Assembly (NCBI GenBank): GCA_001724265.1
Contig: MEDY01000081.1
Location: forward strand, 111,216 to 131,215
Length of the DNA: 20,000 nt
Source of the DNA: Rhizaria sp. SCN 62-66
Taxonomy: Eukaryota
Reading direction: 5' to 3'
Made by a program: the position numbers and the translations under genes. A model generated the notes under the pieces. The model searched no databases. It saw only the letters and a list, made by a program, of their open reading frames with translations, and was not told the DNA's origin. This document shows, in pieces, positions 10,501-20,000 of this stretch (positions are counted from its first letter, which is position 1; each line of letters begins with the position of its first letter).

Positions 10501-13500
10501 CGCATTGCGCAGGCTGTGAAGAACGTCACTGCGGAGGCTAAGGCCGTCGTGGGCGACGTCGCTCGCACTGCAACCATCGCAGCTGTCGCTGCATCGGGCA
10601 ACGCTAGCGACGCTATTGGTGGTGGGAAGGAAACAACAGCCGCTGTAGGCGAGCTCCAGAGCGTCGTGAACGGCATCTGTGTCGAGCTCGATCATCTCAA
10701 ACACACAGGCAGCGCGCATGATGTTGCTGCACTCGCAGACGCTCTTGCTGCGACGCGTGTTGTCGTCGATAGTCTTGTCGCAAACCGCAACAGTCACGAC
10801 GCCGCGTTTGCCGCTCTTGCGGCCAGCGCAGAGCATGACCGCGCCGCAGTCACCACTGCGCTCCGGCAAGTCGGCGCTGCGACCGATGCGACGGCGGACC
10901 TCGCCCGTGTTGCGTGCGGCGAGCTGGCGGCACGCGTTGACCGCGAGCTGCGTACGCTACGCGCTGAGACTGCAGCGCAAATCGCTGCGGTCGGCGCGCG
11001 CGCGAGGTCCGCTGCGGCTGCTGTGAGCGAGCGCGTGCGCGGTGTGGGCGACGAGCTCGCGAGCCAAAAATCGTCGCTGAATGCGCTCAACGCCAGTGTG
11101 AATGACATCATTGTGAACAACGAGAACAACAGCAGGAACGCGAGCATGTGCGATGTTTCGATGGCGGAGATGCGCGCTGTCGCAGTTGAAGCCGCTGAGG
11201 ACGCTGTAGAGGACACAGAAGTGCGTCTCCAACGCTCAGTTTCTCACGCGCGTGATGCCTCTAAGCGCGCGGTCTCAGCCTCGACCACGGCCGTCACTGC
11301 CACGCTCTCCATGGTAGAGAAGATGGAGGAGTCTCTGTCCGCAATCACAAAGCGCCTTAACGTGAACGACGTTGCCCTTGCGGCGCTGCACAACGACGCA
11401 TCCGCGGCCGCCGACGCTGCTGCCGCCGCAGCCGCTGCCGCTGAAGCGAGTGCGCGGGCTGCTGATGAAGCCATCACAGTCGCGCGCCGCGCTGAGACAA
11501 CGGCGGACTCTGCGGCCGCGCGCGCGCGTGCCGAAGCTGAAACCACTGCTGCCCGCGTCAGTGCAGCTGCGAGCGCCACCGAGGCCGCTGCCCGCGCCGC
11601 AGCTGCGACCGCAAGCGATGCCGCCACCGGCGCTGCTGCTGTTGCGGCGGCGCGTGAGGAGGCACAGCGCGAAGCGAAGGCTGTGCTTGCAGATAAATCG
11701 CTCGCCCGCGCGGTCGCCCGCGTTCTTGCGCGGGCGACAAGCGCCCCGCCGCGTCAGCAGCAGTCTAAGGCAGCGGAAGCAACAGACGCCGCTCTGGCGC
11801 CGCTGCGAGACGCCGTCGACGCTGCAGTCGACAGCGCGCTTGCAGCACGGCAGGGTGTCATCACCGCAGCCGTGGCTTCTGCAGTCCCTGCGGTCGTAAC
11901 TGCGCTGCTCGCTCCGACGACAGCAGCGGCAAATCACGAGACGGCGACTGCCGTCGTGCAGTCGGTGCTTGCCACCGCTGCGGAGGCCGCTGCTGCTGCC
12001 CCTGTTGCGTGCGCCGTCGCAGCCGTTGCTGCTGCTGAGCGCGGCCTATTATCACGCGTTGGCGACGCCCTTGTGTCCGCCGGCGCTACGGCTTCCGCTG
12101 CGAAGCAAGCCGCTGCAGACGCAGTTGCTGCTGGTGCTGCAGGTGGCGAGGCTGCTAAGGCTGCCGCTAGCGCCGCATTGGCTGCGGCAGAGCGCGCTGA
12201 GACTGCTGCAACGCTTGCGAAGGAACAGGCAGAGGCTGCCATTGCCGCTGCGGCTGTGGAAACTGCCGCTGCGAAGACTCAACAAGCGAGCGCGGTCGCG
12301 CAAAGGGACGCTGCGCGCTCGGCAACAGTCGCAGCGACTGAGCGCGAGAGTGAGCGTGCTCGTGCGGCCGAGACTGCAGCCGCAAGGACAGCTGCGGCGG
12401 TGCGCGCTCGTGTGCGCAAGATTCGTCGCAAGGCGGCGCGCGCGCTGGCGGTGGCGACCAAGGCTGCGGCGGCAACACAAGCGTTGCGACAGGCTGTGGT
12501 GGCGAAGCTGCGGGTGCCGAAGCCTGCTGCTGTGCCTCTGAGCGCGCTTGCGGCTGCGCTGGGTCCTGACGTAGCTGCAACTTCCGCCGGTATTAAGACA
12601 GGGCCGACGCACGCACAGAAGCGCGCCGAAGCTCGGGCCGCAGCTACGAAGGCTAAGAACGCACCCGCACCTGTCTCAGGTAAGGTTCAGAAGAGCAAGA
12701 AGGCTGCTACCAGCGCGCGCAAAAAGAAGGCAACTTCATCGAATGGCGACAGCGACACCAGCACTTCTCTTGGCGACGACGATGGGTTCAGTGATACCAG
12801 CGACAGTGACGGCGATGAGGACAATGACGATCTCGAAGCATTGTTTGCCTCAAGTCTCAACACCAGTCTTGATCACCTCCTTGACTCTGACCCTGACAAT
12901 GCCAGTGCGACGAACAGCGCTGCAGCAGTGAGTGACGCGAGTGAGAACACCCCAGTGTTGGCGACGGATGCGATTGCGTTGCTACAAGCCCACAGCGCTG
13001 CCCACCGCCGTTGGCTGCGTGCGTCACTGACCTCAGCCATCGACGCACTGCGCAACGCAGTCACGACTGCAGTTGACGCTCGTGTTGCGGCCAGCACCAA
13101 GCGTGTCCGTGCTGCGGCTGCAGCCGCGACCAATGCTGCGGCAACCGCCAGCAAGGCCGCGGAGTCTGCCACGGCCGCTGTGACATCTGACCGCGTAAGT
13201 GACGCTGCAACACAGCGCCTGCTTGCGCTTGAGTCTGCAATGGGATCGGATCGCGCTGCCGCTGCACAGGCGCACGCAGCACTAGCCACCCAAGCCTCAC
13301 GGCTCTCGCTGGCTCAGGACGAGCTCGCGCAACGGCTCGCGCGTGTGGCTTCTGACAAGGAGCAGCACGTTGCGCAACGGCAAGCTCACGCTGCGGCAGC
13401 GTCTGAAGTTGTTTCACTCAAGGAAGAACTCTCGCGTCAGCGCGCGGCGTTAGCAGCAGTCTCTACGGCCGCGGAAGAAGTGCCGAAGATGCGTGCCGCT

Positions 13501-16500
13501 CTCGCAACACTCACGGAAGACGCAGCAGCGGCTGCCGCGGCGCGTGCACGCGACAATGCTGAGACGGGCGAGACTGCGCGCAAAGCAGCCGCGCTTGCTG
13601 GGGCTGTGGATGCGCACTTAGACGCGCTCTCCCGCCGCGTGACGGCTCTCAGCGAAGATACCGCTGCTGCTGCGCGCGAGGTAGCCGCATCTCGCGCCGC
13701 GGCGGCCGAGGCTGCGACTGTGAGCAGCGGTGTGGAGCGTGACGTTTCGCAGAACGCGGCCGAGACTGCGCTTCGTGTGGCTGCGACGCAGGACCACGTG
13801 GCGCGTCTCCGCACTGAGCTCACTGGCGAGCTTGAGAGTTTGCGCTCGCTCCTCCACGACGCAACCACTCGCGCTGCCACACAGGCCGCATCTGCTGATG
13901 CTGCCGCTCACAGCGCTCTTGCGAGCGCACGTGCAGCTGAAGACTACTCAGCCCAAGCGCTGCGGCGCGCTGGAGAGAGTATGGAGGCCGCCGCGTCCGG
14001 CGCTGCAGTCGCAGTCGCTGCCCGAGAGGCCACACAGCAGGCCGCAGCCGCGCAGGAGGCCGACGTCCGGTCGCTGGGCGAAGCTCTGGCCATGGCAGCG
14101 GCAATGGCCAAAGCGGCGCAGGCGAAGGCGGACGACGCCGTGGCTGCAGCGCAGCGCGGACGCAAGGACGCCGCTGCTGCGGCCGCAACTGTTGAAGCGC
14201 TCGCGACCGCGCCCAGCCGCCTCGACCCCGCTGACCGCGCCAGCCTGATCTCCGAGGTCACTGCCACTGCGCGCGGCTTCGTTGACGACGCAGTGGCGCG
14301 CGCCCGCGTCGAGATCGCTGACGGCGCGGACGCGATGCTGCGCACCGCGCTCGCGGCGTGGGCAGTGGCGGAGCGCGAGGTCGTGCGCGGACACGCAGCC
14401 GAGGCTGCTGTGGAGGCCGTGCGGCGAGGCGACGGCATGGCCGACATAGAGCAGCTCGTCGGTCGCAAGGTTGGTAAGGCGGAGCTTGCGCGCGTCCTCG
14501 GTCTTGCCAACAACAATGCGCAGAAGAACGGCGCCAGCCCCGCTGCTGCGCCAGCGCGAGTCGGTGAGTTGAGCGAGAAGGAAGCAGAGCTTGTTGCTGC
14601 AGCTGCGGCGCCGCTAGTGCAGCGCAAGGTTGCCGCCGCGTGTGCTGCTGCAGCGCGCAAGGCCGCTGCGGAGGCCGCTACAGAGGTTGTCCGGCCTGTC
14701 GCGGCGACTGCGGCAGGCCTGGAGAAGGCGTTGGTGCGCGTCGACACTCGGGCCACGCGCGCTGAGGCCACCGCGACGCGCGCTGCCGCTGCCGCTAAGG
14801 ACGCCACGGCCGCTGCCCTTACTGCCGCCAACAATGCTGCCAGCTCCTCCGTTGCGAGTACGACTGAGATCAACGGCGATCGTGAACGCAAGATGCAGCG
14901 TGCTATCGAGCGCGCGGTGGAGTCTGCGGTTGATAAGGCCGTGGACGAGGCTGAGAAGAGGCTCACGTCACGTGTGATGCGCACGACCGAGAACAGCATT
15001 CAAGAGACTGTGGCGACGCAAATGCGCGTCGTCGTGCGCTCCATCGAAGAGAAGCACGGTAGGCCTGTTACGAACAACACGAACAAGCCTGCCGTGACTC
15101 CCGATAGTTCTACTTCTGCCGCTCCTCCGCCGCAGTCTGCTCCTGTGCATGTTGCGACGACTGCGACACTGTCTGCAGTGGAGCGCGAGAAGTTGCTGAA
15201 CGATATCGCGTCAGAAGTCTTATCTGCAGTTTCAGGCCGCATTGCGCGTGCCAAGGAAGAAGCTATTGATGCTGCTATTGCGGCCGCTGCATCATCTCGC
15301 AGCAATACAAACAGCACTCCCGCAAAGCAGCAGCAGCATCCGCAACAGGCTGCCCCTGTTGCCTCTGTATCGTCCTTGCTTGCGACCCCGCTGGGCAGTC
15401 GCAACTCATCTCCTCAAGCGCCCGCGCCTCAGAACATTACGAGCATGAACAACGTCCACAGCGACAATGCTTGTGATGTCACTCGTCGGATTGCGGTGTT
15501 GGAGTCGCAGCACACACAGCTCGCCGCGACTCAAATCGATCTTGTTAACGACGCCGTCTCCCGTGCTGTCACATCGCAGCTCACTTCTGCACTTGCTCCC
15601 ACGTCCCCCCTGCTAGCTTCCATCGTCTCCCGTGCCCTCGCCTCCGTGCTCGCGCACAACCACGAGGCGCGCGATCGCGAGCGCGCCGCCGCTGCCGAGG
15701 CTCATGCCGCGGCTGTGACGACGCTGCGCACCGACGCGGCCGACACCGCCGCACGGCTGGTCTCGGACGCGACTGTCGACACGCGCGCGCAGCTGCGGCG
15801 CGAGATTCTGATTATGTCGCACGACCTACGCGCTGCTCTCAGTGCAGACGTCACTGCCGCCGCAGCCGCCGCGGCTGTCGAGACCACTGAGCGCGCCGTC
15901 ATCGCCGCGGTTGCCGTCGAGTCGGCGCAGCTCGCGATGCGCGTCGACAACGCTGTCGCCGCGATCCAGCCCGAGCTTGAGTCGCTCTCGTCGCGCGTCG
16001 CCGCGGCTGACGCTGCGACCGCCGCGCTCGCCGCCGACTCTGCCGCGCAGGCAGCCGCGTTGGTGGCGCTGCGTGCGGACAGCGAGCAGCGACGCGCGAG
16101 TGCTGCTGCGGCTGCAGACGGAGCTGATGAGAACGTCGCCCGCTGCGAGCGCGCAGCCGAGGGTGCCCGACTCTGTCTGCAGCGGTGCGTGGACACTGCT
16201 GCGTCCGTTGCAGCAGTCGCGCAAGCACACGCGCAGGCGCAGCAACGCACCGCCAGGAAGCTCGCCAGGGCGCAGGCGAAGACCAAGAGCAAGAGCAAGG
16301 CTAAGAGCAAGAGCAAGAAACGTGGCGGTTCTAATGATGGACGTCCTAAGGGTGGCCGCGGTGACGACGATGATAGTGACGATGGCGCTGGGACGACGTC
16401 TCCCGATGACAGCGACTCGTCGTCAGCGTCACAGTCCGGCGGAGGTCGCAACGGTGGCAATAGCTCCACTAGCGACTCAAGTGACCACAGCAGCGGTGAT

Positions 16501-19368
16501 GGCGTCAATCGTGGTCGTTACAGTGGCGCACGCTCAAGCAAATGCTCTAATCATCGCGGGAACAAGATTTCTCGTCCTGCTTCGACGACGAACAAACAAA
16601 GTGTCGGGAGTAAGAATAGCAGTGACGATGACAGCTTTGACCGCGACCTCGCAACCGCGGAACGCGTTGCTGTGGCTGCAGCGCACGCGACCGAGGTCGA
16701 ATCTGGTGCTGTGCCGCTGTCAGTGTACACTGTGACTGCGGACAATATGGGCAACGGAGCTTTCATTGGACTGAAGCGAAACGCTAACTCGACGTCAGAG
16801 GCAAATAGCACTAAGGTTGCAAGCGTCACCAACGCGCACAGTGACTCTGATCGCGACAGTGAGAACGATGGCAAGATCAAGAGTCAGAGTTCTCGTAAGA
16901 ACAAGAGCAACAGCTCTTCGCACCGTCATCGCAGCAGCCGTCGTCGTGACAGTAATGACAGCGATTCTGACGACAACGCGCGTTGTGATCGTCGCCGCAG
17001 TCGCCGTCGCAGCTGCAGTAGTCATAAGATCAACAACACGGGCACTGTTGCTGCAGATGAAAGCGTTGCCACATGTACAAGTGGACAGAACCCTCTGCGG
17101 CCTCCTGGAGGCACTCACAGGGGAGAAGCGAGCACCGCCTTAAGCCCTCTCCGTCAACAGCAACAGTTGCAGCAACAGCGTGTGCGTTTGTCAAGTGTTG
17201 GTCTTCACAACATAAGCAGTAGTACTAGTGACAGTGATATCGCTAACTCCACTGCTGCCACGACTGCGCCGCAGCAGCAGCAACAAGACAACAGCTACAG
17301 TCACCGTCACTACAACGACAATACGACAGTGACTGATTCGCTCTCGTCTTCACTCTCCTCGGACAACTGCAGCTTTGCCCCCAGTGGCGTCTCTCAGTCG
17401 CCCAACGCAGCGCGCCGCAGCTCTCGTTCTCGCGTTCGCTTTGAGCAGCGCCCTCTTTCTCCCCACAGCGCCACTCGCAGTGTCAACGGCGTTGGTCTTG
17501 CTCCGATCACATCCTGTGGCGTGTATGACGCAGCGGACCCTCTAACGGTCGCGCCGCGCTACGCTCACAGTCACCGGCTCCCGTACAATCCCGAGATGTA
17601 TCACGCACCCGAAGACGGCGAGCGCTTCACGATCAACGCCAACAGTGCCAGCAATAGCAGTGATGAGTCCGCTTTGGCGGCGGCTGCCGTCGCTGCTCGC
17701 TATGGCAAGCCTGTCGCGAACGCTGCAGCGCGCCACGTCCCTGCGACGCACCGCGGCGAGTGCGACTTCTACGACCGTGGGCCCCAGACTGGCCACGGGC
17801 TCGCTGCGGCCGCTGGCGTACACCTGCGTGACCGCGAGCTCCCCAGGGATCGGCGCGTGCCGCACACTGGCGTTGTGAGGTTCCTTGGGCACTGCGATTA
17901 TGATCACCACGAAGACAAGGGCGACATGAACAACGAGTCTCATAATCGCACTGTTGCGCCTGGTGTTGGTGTCGCTGCTGGTGGCGATAAGGACACTGCG
18001 GCCGCGCACGGTGGAGCTGTCAAGGCAGCGGAGCGCGATGGTCGCAGCCCCAGTCGCAGTTATGATCGTGGTGATGGGAGTGCTCACGATGCCGGGCTCA
18101 AGGGTGGACCAGAGCCGCTAGCGTTTGGCCGTCGTGTGAGCGACGCTTTGCCTCCTAAGATCCCGCTCACTGTTAGTGCGGTTAGGCGCCGCAACAGTCG
18201 CGTGGCCACTCAACAGCAGCAGCGGTCACGCTCACGCTCGCGCTCGTGCTCAAGGCATACTCACAAACGCTTACACTCTGCTTCGTGCTCGTCGCGTTCT
18301 AGCTCGTGCTCGCGCTCGCGCTCTCGCTCACAATCGCAGTTGCAGCCCCAGCCGCAATAGCGGTTGGTGACAGTCCGTGACCGCGTCAAGCACGCCGGCC
18401 TCGGCAACAAGGCGTACGCGCACCACCGGCCCGACTCCTCGCTTGCGGGGCCCGAGCCGGGGCAGAGCACGGGCACGGCCACGGGGGCGCGCGCGAGCGG
18501 CCGCAGCAGGCGCCGATACAGCAGCATTGGCAGCGCAGGTAGTCGCAGCAGCAGCCGCGGCCACGGAGTGCGGTATCACTACAGCGACGCCGACTCCGAC
18601 TCCGCCAGCGCAACCAGCAGTCGCCATGGCGGCGGCCGCGCTCGCGGACGCAGCCACAGCCGCGGAGACGGTAGTGGGAGCGACGGGAGCAGGGAGGAAG
18701 AGATCTGGACGGCGAGCGACGACGATCTGACGGCGAGCGACAGTGACAGCGAGTGGGGCGGCTGGGGCGGCGACGATGTCGTCGCTGCAACGAACGCGCT
18801 CACTCAGCAACTCGCGCGCTCTGAGGCGTTGTACGCGCGCGCTCAGGCTGACAGCACGCTGTTCACGCACGCGACCAACGCCGCCAACGCGCGCGCAGCT
18901 CGTCAACAGGAACGGGAGCGGCGGGAGCGCAGCCGCAGCGGCGGGAGGAGCCGCAGTCGGAGTGTGAGCCGGTGCGTCGCGCCGTACCCGCCGACGCACG
19001 ACAGGGCGTGGCGCGGCGGCGGGAGCGCGCACGGCGGCAAGAGCGACGCCAAGCCCACGCGCGACTGGTGCACGCCGACCACCGCGGACCTCGCGGCGCT
19101 CTCGCTCTCCGCTCAACAACAGCAGCAGCAACAACAGCAGCAGAGTAGCGCTGGCAAGAGTAAGGGAATCGCGCGGATGCTCGGTACAGTGCTCCCAGCT
19201 GCCGCGGCGGCGCCGAGGCATCTGTCGCTCGGCGCTGCGGCTGCTGTCAACGCTGCTGGTGCGTCAGCGGGTGGCAAGAGTCACGGAGGAGTAGGCATGG
19301 GCAAAGCGCCACACAATGTGTGTGCGCAGGAGTACGCTGTTAACGGCATGATTCACTCTGCGAAATAA
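7501..19368 (+). CDS. Giant Ala-rich coiled-coil/low-complexity protein of unknown function (3619 aa to the TAG at 18358-18360; 3955 codons if read through to the TAA at 19366-19368)
   Basis: Uninterrupted 10.86 kb ORF from ATG 7501, rich in A/E/R/K helical segments with Ser/Asp/Arg-rich disordered blocks. After TAG 18358-18360 the same frame continues for 335 sense codons with the same RS/Ala/Gln character and no ATG until 19177. It ends at a TAA at the GC-to-AT transition. No catalytic domain recognised. Confidence 0.8.
9394..9498 (+). repeat. Degenerate internal 22-aa (66-nt) duplication: DEKASKALAATEA / NEKASKALAAAEA
   Basis: Copies start at 9394 and 9460. Most differences in the EKASKALAA core are synonymous third-position changes, which supports this frame as coding. 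Confidence 0.75.
16279..16323 (+). repeat. (AAGAGC)n-type hexamer repeat encoding KTKSKSKAKSKSKKR
   Basis: Direct reading: aag acc aag agc aag agc aag gct aag agc aag agc aag aaa cgt. Confidence 0.8.
19114..19143 (+). repeat. polyQ10 encoded by a perfect 15-bp tandem duplication (CAA CAA CAG CAG CAG)x2
   Basis: Direct reading. The CAA/CAG alternation is synonymous in the frame continuing past TAG 18360. Confidence 0.85.
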
Positions 19369-19435
19369 GCACAAATTCAGCATATACGTTTGTTTTTACG
19401 CAACATGATGCTGTAATTTCTATAATAGTTCTAAT

Positions 19436-19481
19436 TTTATTACGATACAAAGCTTTATTTTTATTTCAATGCCACTTTATT
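19436..19481 (-). promoter_or_regulatory. Cluster of four AATAAA polyadenylation-signal-like hexamers on the minus strand
   Basis: TTTATT on the + strand at 19436-41, 19454-59, 19460-65 and 19476-81, about 50-95 nt downstream of the minus-strand TGA at 19534-19532. Confidence 0.45.
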
Positions 19482-19531
19482 GCTCTCTGGGGCGATGTTA
19501 CGCAGGTGTCATAAGCTCACTGCTGAGTTGC

Positions 19532-19768
19532 TCAGTTCTTGGCGTTGTGGTCGATGTCGTTGGCGACATACGCATTACGCACAGCAGTACGGGTCCGAAC
19601 GAGACTGTTGACTGTGGCTTCAACGCGCTCGAAGCGCTCCGCAATTGCACGGTCGCGCTCGCCAAGCTGCTTCATCACATGGGCGATGAGGACAGCATTA
19701 GAGTCGTTTGCAGGGGCAGCAACAGCAGCAGCAGGTTGCTTACAACCTGCTGCTGCTGTTGGTTGATA
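19532..19768 (-). CDS. Probable small helical/coiled-coil protein or last coding exon (not in the ORF track)
   Basis: Open frame 19768..19532: YQPTAAAGCKQPAAAVAAPANDSNAVLIAHVMKQLGERDRAIAERFERVEATVNSLVRTRTAVRNAYVANDIDHNAKN-TGA. It is a moderately GC-rich island between AT-rich flanks with protein-like composition and AATAAA hexamers downstream. The first in-frame ATG is at 19675 (47 aa); the ATG at 19791 is in another frame. Confidence 0.55.
   Translation of the reverse strand, partial: YQPTAAAGCKQPAAAVAAPANDSNAVLIAHVMKQLGERDRAIAERFERVEATVNSLVRTRTAVRNAYVANDIDHNAKN
19720..19761. repeat. Perfect 19-bp inverted repeat with a 4-nt loop
   Basis: caacagcagcagcaggttg (19720-19738), ctta, caacctgctgctgctgttg (19743-19761). 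The arms are exact reverse complements. Confidence 0.95.
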
Positions 19769-20000
19769 TCACAATTAGCGCGACGAGACATATCTGCAAG
19801 CAAAAGAAACATAAAGAAATTTGATGGAAAATACGGGAAAAGAGAGAAAAATAGCGAGAAAGCGAAAGAACGTGAGAGCGCGGGTGAGGGAGTTCGTTGC
19901 TTATCGAGGGACTCTGCGAATACAGCAAGTATATCGCAAAGCTATAGCGGCAGTTTCATCATACAGCAATACATAATACAACAACACGCAAAGAGCAAAA

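Noticed and set aside
1310-18360. Pyrrolysine or selenocysteine insertion at the internal stops
   Set aside because: Sec uses UGA and Pyl is known only in prokaryotes. The sites are in non-catalytic, poorly conserved sequence.
7501-18360. Phage tape-measure/tail-fibre or bacterial adhesin identity for the giant Ala-rich ORF
   Set aside because: The similarity is compositional only. It has eukaryote-style polyQ, RS and poly-Asp/Ser tracts, eukaryotic neighbours, and no viral or mobile-element genes nearby.
18708-18741. 13-bp direct repeat gacggcgagcgac spaced 21 nt, and many (GCC/GCG/GCT)n, (AAC)n and (GAC)n runs
   Set aside because: Ordinary in-frame slippage repeats in low-complexity protein sequence. 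They are not a CRISPR array, target-site duplication or satellite.
1774-19221. Numerous long antisense and alternate-frame ORFs (e.g. 1964..2992 -, 3044..4096 -, 8284..9561 -, 9198..10676 -, 13944..14999 -, 18328..19221 -)
   Set aside because: Expected shadows of GC-rich, GCN-dominated coding sequence. They give Arg/Ala/Ser/Cys-rich translations with no domain and mostly non-ATG starts.
2-19368. Both long genes being decayed pseudogenes
   Set aside because: No frameshifts and no TAA/TGA in about 6,000 codons, and the Zn ligands are intact. Very recent nonsense alleles remain possible, but general decay is not supported.
19523-19535. Small hairpin ctgag-ttg-ctcag at the minus-strand stop
   Set aside because: A 5-bp stem is expected by chance, and intrinsic terminators are not relevant to eukaryotic Pol II genes.
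19539-19928. ORF-track calls 19539..19766 (+) and 19740..19928 (-)
   Set aside because: The first is the antisense shadow of the more plausible minus-strand frame. The second is the translation of a polypyrimidine tract.

Overview
A 20 kb stretch of GC-rich, gene-dense, apparently intron-poor eukaryotic (probably protist) nuclear DNA with short AT-rich spacers. Four genes alternate in orientation (+,-,+,-). (1) A 5'-truncated chromatin-reader gene (<2..6190, +) with a BRPF/JADE/AF10-type Zn-knuckle plus extended PHD, an AT-hook and a C-terminal PIP-like box. (2) A TAF11-like histone-fold gene (6482..7078, -). (3) A giant Ala-rich coiled-coil/low-complexity gene (7501..19368, +, about 3955 codons). 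(4) A probable small minus-strand gene or terminal exon near 19532..19791. The main observation is that each long gene is interrupted by exactly one in-frame TAG (1310-1312 and 18358-18360). After each TAG the same frame continues with coding-like composition to a TAA at the GC-to-AT boundary, and no apparent true gene end uses TAG. This points to UAG recoding (reassignment, possibly to Gln, or readthrough), although frame-preserving introns, nonsense alleles or base-call errors cannot be excluded from this window alone.
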